The notes under the pieces were generated by a model. It did no database searches, was not told where the DNA came from, and saw nothing but the letters and a program-made list of their open reading frames with translations. Below, in pieces: positions 48,955 through 60,312 of a stretch of 64,000 bases of DNA. Each line of letters starts with the position of its first letter. The stretch's first letter is position 1. Location of the stretch: assembly GCA_904063045.1 (NCBI GenBank), contig CAJFCJ010000009.1:1096942-1160941 (forward strand). The letters run 5' to 3'. This stretch comes from Dimorphilus gyrociliatus (taxonomy: Eukaryota > Animalia > Annelida). Made by a program: the position numbers and the translations under genes.

Positions 48955-51900
48955 TTACAGCTCGCTGACCTCTGCTTTATTTCCTTTCATAATACCTTTC
49001 TGCTTTCCACCTGTCTTAGCTGGCGCAGGAACAGATTTCGTTTCTTTAGCTCCCTTTTCAACTTTTTTCTCTTCCGTTTTACTATCAGTAGGCTTTTTCT
49101 TCAAGATTCCGGTGCTAGGTGCAGTGGGAGTAGCATCAGCCGATCTTAATCTATTTGTTAATTGCGTCTCACTGCCACTATCCTTTCCATCATCCGAGGC
49201 GTTTTTAGATTCACCTGAACCTTCGGACGATACAGTCGAGCTTTTTCCACTAGAACCTCTAGACGATGGTCGTTTGTTCTTATGCTTCGGTTTCGCCGGC
49301 TCTGGGGAGACAATCATCTACAAAGAAAACATTAAATATAAACTATTTTATTAAATCCATTAGCTTAAAACTATTTACGCTATCCAGCTTCTTTTGAATA
49401 TTATCAAATTTATCAATTCCCATATAATCGATTTGGCCTTGTTCCCACAAGAATCTTCTTTGAGAATCATCCGTATTAAGATCGGAATAGACGATATTTA
49501 AACTTTGACTTCTCATTCTCATCTAATATTTTAAAAAATGAAAAAATGATTAATAACTATTAACGATGGAGACGATTTTAAAATTAACCAATGAAATTGA
49601 TCAAGAATTAAAGAAATAAAAGACAGCATAGACTAAAATTTAACTATTTTTCCTTTCCTGAAAAATGAAACAGAAGAAATACCGAAATAATAAAGAAATT
49701 ATGTCCAAAAGCAAGCTTCCTTTACACTTTCTAATATGAATAATAATAAAAGAGATACTACACAGAGGAAAAAATACATTTTGTGATGTGCACTGACAGA
49801 ATATTTGAAAAGAAATATAAAAGTTTATGGACAGTTTAATCTACTTTTATAAGATGGTGTTTTCCTTTTTTCCGCTTGCTTTCCATTAAGAAAATAGTGA
49901 TTTTGTGTTTAGAAAAAAGAAAATACTTTTGCAAACTATTAACTAAACTTTGAAAGTGCAAATGGGAAAAAAAATATAATAGATAAAGCAATAGACCTAT
50001 TAGTATTTCCAACGCTTACCCGCCCTCATATTTTTGTATTTTTTTTCTGTTCAAGTACCTTTCTCTCTCTCTCTCTCTCTCTCTCTTAACATTGCAAAAA
50101 AATAAAAACAAATAGAACATTTTGAGGTACAATATCCAAAAGAAAAAAGAATTCAAGTAAGTTTTCTTTTTTAGACCTTAATCATTTAAACTCACGTTAA
50201 GATTGTTTCAGCGCATGAAACTGGTGAATTGTTGTAACGATTTTAATTAAAAAAATTTCCTTTTTATGTTTGCAGCTTTTGTCACTCTAATTGAATTACT
50301 ACATTCTTAATTTCATTACCTCGCCCCTTCCTCGTTTCTTGGTCTTTTTCTTTTTTCCTGATACACTTTGCACAACTTCTTCGTGTCTTGTTTGACAAAA
50401 AGAGCAATCTCCTGCTTTATGATTACTGCAGCCATTTTCTACGACAGCCTAAAAGTAACTTTGAAGTCAAGAAACTAATAATAACTTTTACAGTAACTCT
50501 AGTGAAACTAGTTAAATTTAAATGAAAATTTTGGTACGTATTATTATAAAGTATTTAAATGACTCCTTAGTTACTTTAACGATGTCCGCTCCGTGTGAAA
50601 TAACGCTATCCTGAAAGGGCGTTTCAATTCTTGTAGGAGTTGCAGAACGCGGTGTCGATGGGCCAGAAAAATCCTTAAAAGTAGAAATTGAGGAAGGACT
50701 AGTAGGTATAGATGATGCTGAAGAATCGACATATTCGTGAATCTCTTTTGGCAGCTCTCTTGGATTTTCTTTTAGAATCTCCTTAGGAGCTTCGACAGGA
50801 GGTTGCATTGGTGGGGGTTCGTGATGTGCTAAAGGCACTGCTGGTTGAGTCGATTCGTAGGCCTCAACCACTTTTGGCAAAGCGGGTAGATCTTCTTTTA
50901 CTACCGACTGACTAATATCATCTCCAAAACTTTGGAGGACTATATTGAACTCTTTCGCAGTGTAAGTTTCAGATCTTGGAGCAACATACTCTTCTTTGGT
51001 TCTCATTGGAGGTTCAGCATAAAAAGTTTCATAAAAATCATAATCTTTCCTTTCTTTCAGTTCTACGACCATTTGAAGTTCATTACTGGTCGGAATGGGA
51101 GAATAAAATGTCTCGACGCTAGGTGGTATGTATGGTCCCTGCATTTGGGACGGTGGTTGAAAGTTGCCAGCAGCGATACCTGGCGACCATTTCTGAAAAG
51201 TTGAAAAACCCACTACATCCAAAAATCAAAGAAAGGTTGAAAAGAATGTAGAAGGTAAGGCTGAGGTACCCAGCCCAATCAAGCGCAAGGGTAGGGTAGG
51301 GATAGGTAAAGGTCAGAGTAGATAGTTGTTTCATCATGCTTGATTAAGTTTATGAGTTACAAGATGTAAATATTTTACTACTCTCATTTAATTATGCAAA
51401 ATTATTTCACTTCACTAAATATTAATCTACATGTTCAACAATTAAATAGATAAAGCAATTGGAAGTAGTAGTTTGCTGACTTCCTAATCTTACTTTTAAC
51501 AAAAATCTAATCAAAGTTGTTATTTCTATGTTTTAAAAACAGTCACAGAAAATTCAATTGTTTTTTTGTTTTTTTTAATTTTCATCATTTAAAAAGACTT
51601 CACTATACTTTCTAAGTTCTTGTTCTTCTCTTTTTCCGTGTAAACACAACAAAAATTGTTTCAAAAAGCAAATAAATATTACCTTTGCCTCTCAAATACA
51701 ATTTAGATTAATTATTTGCCATTAATAGTAAATTAGAGAAGGAGAAAAATAATTGCGAAATCATGCTCAGGTAGAAACCAAGAAGGTAGAAAAAAAAAAC
51801 AAAAAATTTAAATCAAACGACGCAAAAGCTCTTTTCAATTACCACCAGGTGACGCTGCTATGTTTGGCAATCTTCACTTGCCTTCGTTTTTGAACAGACA

Positions 51901-54581
51901 GATATACTTTCGTAGAAAGTTTTCTACAATTAAAACACTTAAAAAGTTGTCTCTCTTTTTCTTTCTTTTTCACAACACTGTACACCAATATAGAACAATA
52001 ATCGACAAATATAATAACACATACGAATAAAAACAGCTAAACTTTTTGAAATTTTAAACAATCTTTTCAAAATTACTACCATTATCGGTTAAATAAATTT
52101 ACTATCTTTATAAATGCTTTAGGCAACAACTAATATCTTTCACTGCTTTTTCAGTAACGATTAAGCGTGGAAATATTTTTTTACTAAGTTTTTGAAATGA
52201 GAAGCGAAATCATTCAAGCGACTAAAAAAAGTATGAGCTGAGATAAAAATAGGCCTATTGCATTATAGCATCTTACCTCTTTTGGGAATGTCGGCGACTG
52301 ATAAAAATAATCGCCACATTTAGTTTAAAGTAATTAGTAAAAATTTTATACCCATAAAAGTATTTTCAATAATTCAATGATTAGTTGAATAATAATAATG
52401 GTAATTAATTATAATGAAACGTTGATATATCTAAAGTATATAAGTTAATCATATATATATATATATATATATTGGAAATATAAATATAATTAATGATAAT
52501 GTCTGAGGATAATGATTTAATAAATAAAATTAGTACTCACAATTTCTTCGGGTAAACGCTTGTGAACTCTACTAACAAATAAATTCCACCAGTGTCGCAA
52601 GAAGTCGGCACAATGGCCTGAAAATTCCTGGAAAAGAACAAAATTACTTTAAACATAAGGAAACAACAATTGTTATTTATATAAGGATTTTTTCTAATAA
52701 CCAACCGATTCCGAAACCTTTCCGGTTGAAACATCGAAACTATGATGCCAAGGTTTTACTGCACCGATAAAATGGGCAACTTTAACATCCTTACCAAATC
52801 TAAAATTAAATCATTTTATCATTGTTAATGATATTAAGAAATATTATGAAAACAACTAACTGTTTAAATGCTGGAAGATAGCTGTAAAAACTCTGAGCAA
52901 CGCAGTTATACAAAAAAGAAATCCTATTCCAGTTTGTGTAATAGGAATTGAGTAGACCTTGATCACCGCCGTCAAAACTTCCTGATTGTACAGCAAATTT
53001 AAGCAGTTTCTGATAACTAAAAGGAAAGGAATAAGGTTAATTAATAATCAATAATAAAAATTTAATTAGCTCTTACGTTTCCAACGATGGCTTATATACG
53101 TAAACTCCAGAATTGAAGCAATCTGGCCATCCTGGATCGGGAGCAGCAGAAAATTCTTCCTTCTCGAACAGATCATCGATGTTTTTTAGCACCTAAAACA
53201 AATAGTAACTTTTAAAAGTTAACAAACATCGATTAACCGAAATAAATTTTCGAAAACTTTTTGTTTCGCTACAAAAAAAATCGCTTTTTTTGTTCGAGTT
53301 AAAAGACAATTGATTATCTATTTTGCACGTTTTCAAGAGCAAAATCTGCTATGGTTATCGAGAAGTTCCTCTTTAATATTCAACAGTTTGAAGAGCAAAT
53401 ACAAGATAATTACAATGAATTTATCTCTATTTTAGATTAATATATAGCTGAAATTTTACATGCCCTATCTTGAAAGTTAACACAATACCCTTGATTGATG
53501 GTAAGCTAATCTACAAACAATTCGAAGAAAACATAAAGAGGATATATGTACCCTATTGTAGTCTTATGTTACTGGAAATAGATACATAAGGCCTCGTTGT
53601 AATATAGAATGTAAAATGTCTCAACTAACCAAAGTATCTGCATCCATAAAAACGCACTTGTCATATTCAGTCAAACGCCAGCAATGCAACTTTGTAAAGG
53701 TTACACCAAGGTCAGGTCTTGCCAGGAGATCCAAATTAACATTATCCCTGCTATCTAACACGTTTACTTCCACTACCTTATCGGCACTTTCTGCCAGTTG
53801 TTCCCTAAAATGGTATAGTTGAGTTAGTGACCTAGATTTGGCAATTTCGTTGAAAATTTCATCAAGGTTAAGTAGAACTTGAAGTAGCTCTGTTTGTTTA
53901 ATCTTATAAGCACGCAAATAAATCCCTTTTTAATGATTAAACGCACGCGACACTAATTCTCTAACCGGTAAATAACTATTTATATGTAATTATAGACCTT
54001 ATTTTTTCTCACTTAGCTTGTTTAAGTGTAGAACCGAAAATATTTGGGATTATTTCACTAGAGCACTTGATTACGGGCTCTATCATAGCTTAGTGCACGT
54101 TTTTGCAAAGGTCAAGGAAAGGCATTTTCATTTTATATCTCTACTTACTTCATCTTTTGAGACAGTCCATTTGTAATCATAACTACAATTTGCCGGGTTG
54201 TTCCGACCTCTTTCAGAGATTCCACCCATACCAAGACACCAATGGCATACGAATCGTTCGTACATAGTGTAACGTAAGCTTCTTTAGCTATAGAGAGATA
54301 TATAATATCGTTAATAATAGATAATCATAGTTTTATTTAAGTAATAAATATTGAGAAACTTAATTCCTTTTAATAGAAAGGAATTATTATAAGCCTTGAC
54401 ATTGACACGAATAGAATGTTCTCTATAAAAACTAAGGTCAATTAGAATTAATAATTTTAAGGCTGGTAAAATATCTATAAATATATACTTAAATGCTGCA
54501 TTTCAATTTACCTTGTGACATTCTCTGTAACGTAATAAAATTACAAAAATAAGTCAAAAACCTACCGGTCGATGGAGCCAT
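48955..54581 (-). CDS. GYG1: Glycogenin with long multi-exon C-terminal extension
   Basis: [69 protein letters not shown] (acceptor Tyr), HFIGAVKPW, and glycogen-synthase-binding [22 protein letters not shown] in exon 49522-49379. Confidence 0.9.
50062..50086 (+). repeat. (CT)n microsatellite in a glycogenin intron
   Basis: Read directly from sequence. Confidence 0.9.
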
Positions 54582-55503
54582 TCGGGAGCTTTATAATGAA
54601 GGATCTAAGACTGATGTTGATTGGTTGATACAATCGTACGCTGTATCTTTAAATAAGTTTTCCAAGTCTGTCTATTCGTTTTATTTGATACTTTTTAGAC
54701 TGAGTACTTTATATAATAATAAACTACTCAAGTAATTGAACTGATTATATACTTAAAATTATATAAAATGCCTCAAAATTGCCATTAAAAGACAATTTAT
54801 CTATAATATTTTATAAGTACTTAACAATATTTTTGAAAATAATCAATTTTATTATTAACTTTCCAGGAATTATCTTTTCTCTATTATCTCAATAAATATT
54901 AAAGAAGTTTCTTATTTATGCTTCTTTCATGAGATTTCTATCAATTTTCCTATCTTTCATAAAAGTGTAGGCTTTCCTCTTTCTAATTATATATATATAT
55001 ATATATTGTAAAAGTATGTTTGAAACGAAAGTACATCAATATTTGTCGCTTGACAAATTTAATTAAATGTTTCTCCTAGTATTTTTCGACTAAGATGCAT
55101 ACATTTTCAAAAATTATGATCGATATTATTGAATTTCTCAAACAGATGTCATTCCATTGTTAATTAAAGCCCTTTTGAACTGCCATGCATGCTTCTCTAA
55201 AAATCACTTAAGTAGCCTTTGAGCAATTCTTTTATTTCGCTAATTTTTAAATAAGGATTCTTTATTATTTGTAACCTTTTCACTTAAATTATATATTGTG
55301 TGGTATAATAATACATCTATCAATATTATAATTTCGAAGGATTCGAGTAAACTAGGATAAATTTCACATTCCGGCCAAATATCTGTCTGGGTTAAGTTAT
55401 GTCTATTTTTAAATTTAGTCTGGTTCCTATTCATTATCCGAATTTCAACAGTAAAATATATTACAAAATACTGTCAGTCGAAGACCTGTGTTTAGTGCAT
55501 CCC

Positions 55504-55518
55504 GTTACTAAGCATAAC
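55504..55518 (+). promoter_or_regulatory. Possible RFX X-box GTTACTAAGCATAAC about 65 nt upstream of CCDC39
   Basis: GTT...AAC arms with a good GTTACT half-site, upstream of a motile-cilia gene; second half-site imperfect. Confidence 0.35.
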
Positions 55519-55580
55519 AAAACATACCGATCGAATAATTCATTTAAAGAAATTAGTCGTCAACATTTATAATTTTCGAC

Positions 55581-58532
55581 ATGCCCAGCTCAAGCAGTAT
55601 ATTGAGCGAACTAGATTGGGATGAAGGAATAGCCATCCCTGTTGCTAATGCAGAAAATAAGTCATTAGAAGATGAAATCCAAAAGAAACAGAAGAAAATT
55701 GTTGCCCTTCAAACAAAACATGGAAAAAATGTTGAGAGAATTGGTGCCATTCAGGATCATATGAAAAATGTCAAGCAAGAATTACATCATACCCAAAATT
55801 TAGTTAATGCCAGAAAGAAAGAAATAGATACTACCGAACATTTTCAAAAGGTAATCCTTCGGTACATTTTCTTAATCTATTAGTGAAACAAATTTACTAA
55901 CATTATATACGATAGATTTAATTTTAAATACATTTTTTTATCCGACATACAACTTAATTAGCTTAAATAATATTTATTTAAAGGTTGCCAGTAGAGAAGA
56001 CGGAAGAATTCAACAAGAACTTATCAGACTTGGACGCGATTTCAATGAACTTAAAGAACGCTCTAATCGATATGAGAATAACATCTTTAAACAAACTCAA
56101 CGAGTCGAAGAGTTAAAATCTCAAATGAATTGGGATGAAAAAGCCTTAGAAGCTTGGTTGGAAGAGTCCGCAAGAAAGGACGAAGATGCCATGACTATTA
56201 TCAAATACACTCAACAAGATGAAGGAAGAATCAAAGAACTTACTCTTAGGATTGAACATTTGAGCGAAGAGTATAAAAAGAAGAAAGAAGAACTTGACAG
56301 AGAAACGACAAACACTCATACAACTCAGGTTGAATTAGACAAGACAGCTGAAGAATTTAGAAGAACTCATGCTGAAAGACAAGAGCTAATTCAACAATGG
56401 GAGCACACCATTGAACAAATGCAGAGAAGAGATCATGAAATGGATTTACTTGCCGGACATTTAGCTGTAGTTAGAAACCAAGTTCGAGAGAATGAGGAAA
56501 CAATAAAGGAGAAAGAGCAATTTTTGGAAAATGAACAAAACAACAATGAAGAAAAAGATAAGCAAATTCAAATAACTGAAAGAACAGCCGCTAGGTTAAG
56601 ATTACAATACCAAGAGGAAGAATTGGCAAGAGACCAATTTAATTCTGAATTAGAAGCCTTAAAACGAACCTGTGACAGAACAGCTCTCGATTTAGAGCTA
56701 ACAAGATCTCAAATTACTCAATTGAAGAGAGACACAATTGACAAACAACAGCAATTGAAGGATGCAAAAATCGTAAAGGAAAATCTTGTGGAAAAGCTAA
56801 AGGTATGGTTTTCAAACTACTTCTTATGAATTTAATAGAATTTAATTTATTTCCATTATTTCAATAGATTGCCGAAGAGACTTCGATGAGTGCTGAAGAA
56901 AGGGCTCAACAAATGGATAAACTCTTAACGGAAGAAGAAAGACGTCAAGTTCAGATGAAAGCTGAATTAGAGAGATTAAGAGAACAACACTTTCAGAAGA
57001 GCGAAGTTTTGAATAAATCTAAAACCACAGAAAGAAATATTGACGCTGAAATTCAAGGATCACGTGCCACTTTAAGGAATTTAAATGCCAAATTGACAAA
57101 AATCGACACGGAGAGCTTAAAACAACAAGAGATTCTTTACAATCAAGATTTTACAATACAACAATTAGAAAGAAGAATGGGTAGAATGCAAGGCGAAACC
57201 TCAAATGAAGATAAATTGAGAATGGAGGCGAAAATTAAAGAGTTAGTGGATGTTTTGAAAGAAGAGGAAAACACTAAAGCTGTGTTAACTCAACAATTAA
57301 AGAGATTACAAGATGACATACGAAGAGTAAAGAGAGACTTAGAAAAAGCCAGTCTAGAGAAGAAAGCGTTGACTTCAAAAATTGAAGAACTAGAATTACA
57401 TTCGGATTCTTCTCACAGAGAATTGAAAAACGTTTCAAATGAAAAACAAGAATTAATGGTGGAACACAACGTCCTCAAGCTAGAATTAAAAAAATTAAGA
57501 GATACCCTTAACTTTAAAGCTGATGATGTGTTGAGTTTAGAAAAAAGAAGATTACAATTGGAAACTGCTATGAAAGAAAGATCTAAAGAGATTTCCTTAC
57601 ATCAAGATATGCTTATAAGTCAACTTAGAGCTGCCGAAGATGAGAGACAGCATGTCAGTTCGGAACTCCACGAACGTATAGCCAAAATTGACAAATTGAA
57701 AAAGAGATACGAAATATTAATGGTATCTATGGCCCCTCCTGAGGGAGAAGAAGAACAATCACAAGCTTTCTACGTCATAAAAGCCGCTCAAGAAAAAGAG
57801 GAGTTGCAGAGAGATGGTGACGACCTAGACGCAAAAATTAGAAAAGCTGAAAAGGAAATTCGAGCTTTGGAAAATACTCTAAGATTAATGAATTCTAGAA
57901 ACGAAACTTATAGAAAGAGTTTCAATAAAGTTCAGGAAACTTCAGAGGAGATGGAGGAAAAACAAGCCTTGGATGAACAACAAAGAGCAGTAACTGACAA
58001 GTATAAATACAAGAAGAGACAAATTCGTGAAATGAGTGAGGACTTGAGAACAATGAGCAGTACTCTTGACAATTTATGTACAGAGGAAGAGCAAATTTCC
58101 GATATGATGGATGACATGCAAAGAAAAAAACAAAAATTTAACAAAGAACTTGAAGAGCAAAAGGTTCGACTAGAAAGAGTAACAAAGCAGAATAATAGAC
58201 TAAAAAAAGAACTGAAACTTAAAAAAGATGCTCCTGAAGATAAGGATATTGAACTTCGGGGGGCAAGAGAGTTCAATAAGAGTGTAATGAATGAAATTGG
58301 AGAAATGGTCAGTCAATTCCCAGAAATGACGGACAACATTTATACGTATTTTACGCAAGCAAATCTCCCTCCACCATCTGCTCCTTCTTCAGCTAGCTCC
58401 TCGGCTAGAAGTTCCATTGCTTCTGTTCGATCTTCGAGAGCAAGCGCTGTTGATGTTGGGCAATGGGCTACAAGATTAAGTGGAAGTAGTTCTTCATCTG
58501 CCAAATCTTCTGCCAGATCTTCAAGACGCTAA
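55581..58532 (+). CDS. CCDC39: Coiled-coil domain-containing protein 39 (axonemal 96-nm ruler), about 917 aa; exons 55581-55850, 55984-56802, 56868-58532
   Basis: LSELDWDEGIAIPVANAENK, MNWDEKALEAWLEES, QAFYVIKAAQEKEELQRDGDDLDAKIRKAEKEIRALENTL. Confidence 0.93.
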
Positions 58533-58944
58533 CCATAGACATTTTATGCGTTTTTTTTTTTAAAAACAAATCAATTACTATTTCAAATAAATAAATATTC
58601 CAGTATTCAGCAATGAAACTACATTTCTTTCGAAAATTATCTAATATGTTAGTATCTTCTTGTAAAAGAAAATTCGAACAAAATCTTAAAAGAGAGGGCT
58701 TTCCAAACGAAATTATCTGATGTCTTTAAATATCGAACAGTTTTCGATTACCATATTGCTTGCTACCTGTGAAAATCATCGAAGGGAAACTTAACTGCCT
58801 TTATTACAATTTTCAAACAAAATAAATAACTTGATAAAATTATATAAAAATAAGAGAGGAACTCTTTTCTTATTCTTAAATCTAACTTAGGAAGATAAAG
58901 TTTTATTCTTTTGAGCGATAATATAAATATTTAATAAAGAACAC

Positions 58945-59722
58945 ATGGGTAAGGCCAGAAAGACTCGAGCAATAAATATAACTAAGCACTCAGGTCAAAT
59001 TTCTGAACATAAAAAGAAACTAATAAAATTAGATGGATTTGCCGATGAGGTAAGAGTATATTTTACATAACGATAAAAATGACTTTCTTTTATTTTATTA
59101 AGATATTCCAAGAAACTGCTTTTGATGAAGATTGTGACGCTCGAAGTGCTGTCACGAGTAGAACTTTAAAAAATTTTGGATTATCGAAAAAGGATAAGCA
59201 AATTGTTAAAAGAAAAGTTCTACATAAAAGTAAAATAAATCTCAAATACTGCCGGGGAAATTGTCTAACAAATATCTATATTTTCTAATAGAAATTGATT
59301 CAATTAAAACTGCAAAGAATCTAAAAAAGATACAAAAGAAAAAAGATAAGACACCAGTTGTTGGAAATTTACAGAACTTAATTGACAGTCTACCCACAGT
59401 TGATATGGTAACTAAACAACTTACGACAAAGTAATGAGATATTAACAACCTACTGTATCATCAATGAAATATAATCTTAATTTCTTTTAGACAACGTCCT
59501 GAAATTAAAGAGAGAACTATAAAAAAGTCTAATCAAAGATGCAAAGAAGTGTTAGTATAAAATTAATAATATAGAAGCTCTTGTAATCTATATCTCCGTT
59601 TATTAAACAGTGAGAAAAACGTTTCTGTCTTTAAGGAAGTTCTAAAAAATGAATCGTTTAAATCTTCTCCAATTGCTGCTTTGAAAGAACATTTACGTCT
59701 TACATCTGAGGCAATGGAATAG
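58945..59722 (+). CDS. SLX9: Ribosome biogenesis protein SLX9/FAM207A homolog, about 180 aa; exons 58945-59049, 59103-59229, 59292-59430, 59491-59550, 59611-59722
   Basis: Basic protein starting MGKARK, with TPVVGNLQNLIDSLP and FKEVLKNESFKSSPIAALKEHL motifs; four in-phase GT-AG introns. Confidence 0.75.
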
Positions 59723-60312
59723 GTGAGCTATAAAATATGTATTATTTGATTATATGTGAATTTTACGAACAAACTTAATTAATTTATTAACTCTGCAGGA
59801 CCTCGAAAACCTTTGAGAGTAAACTTTAAGTCCTTTTCTATAAATAAAGAAGCTTTTGATATTTTTAACAAGATACAAGACAGTGTTTTTAATATTGGAA
59901 CTCTTATAGGTCCAACGATTTTTAATGATGAAATTATAAACCTTAATTCCAAAGAGAAATACAATTCAGCGACCAATTCGTTAGAAATGTTTAAAAATTC
60001 TGATAGAATATATCGAGCACAGATAACTTTTATTGATAAAGAAGGATTTCTAATCAAAAGGTTCTTCTCATAGGTTAATTAAATATCATATAAAGAGAGA
60101 ATCTTTTACAATTATTATGAAATGCATTCTAAAAGGACTAGATACGGTTTTCAACCTTCAAGAAAATTGGCAAAAATTATCAATTATTGTAAAAGATTAG
60201 AAAGTAATCTCCTCTTAATGAAAAATCAGAATATCATTTAAGTAATATTATGCATTCAAACGAGATAAAATACAATAAAAAATATTTAAAAATGTTGTAA
60301 AAGACTAGTTAA

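Noticed and set aside
53832-53889. Possible alternative glycogenin exon inside ORF 53621-53917
   Set aside because: Needs a 27-nt intron and would delete the first catalytic strand.
1-58532. Dynein and CCDC39 as a ciliary gene cluster
   Set aside because: They are about 49 kb apart with many unrelated housekeeping genes between them.
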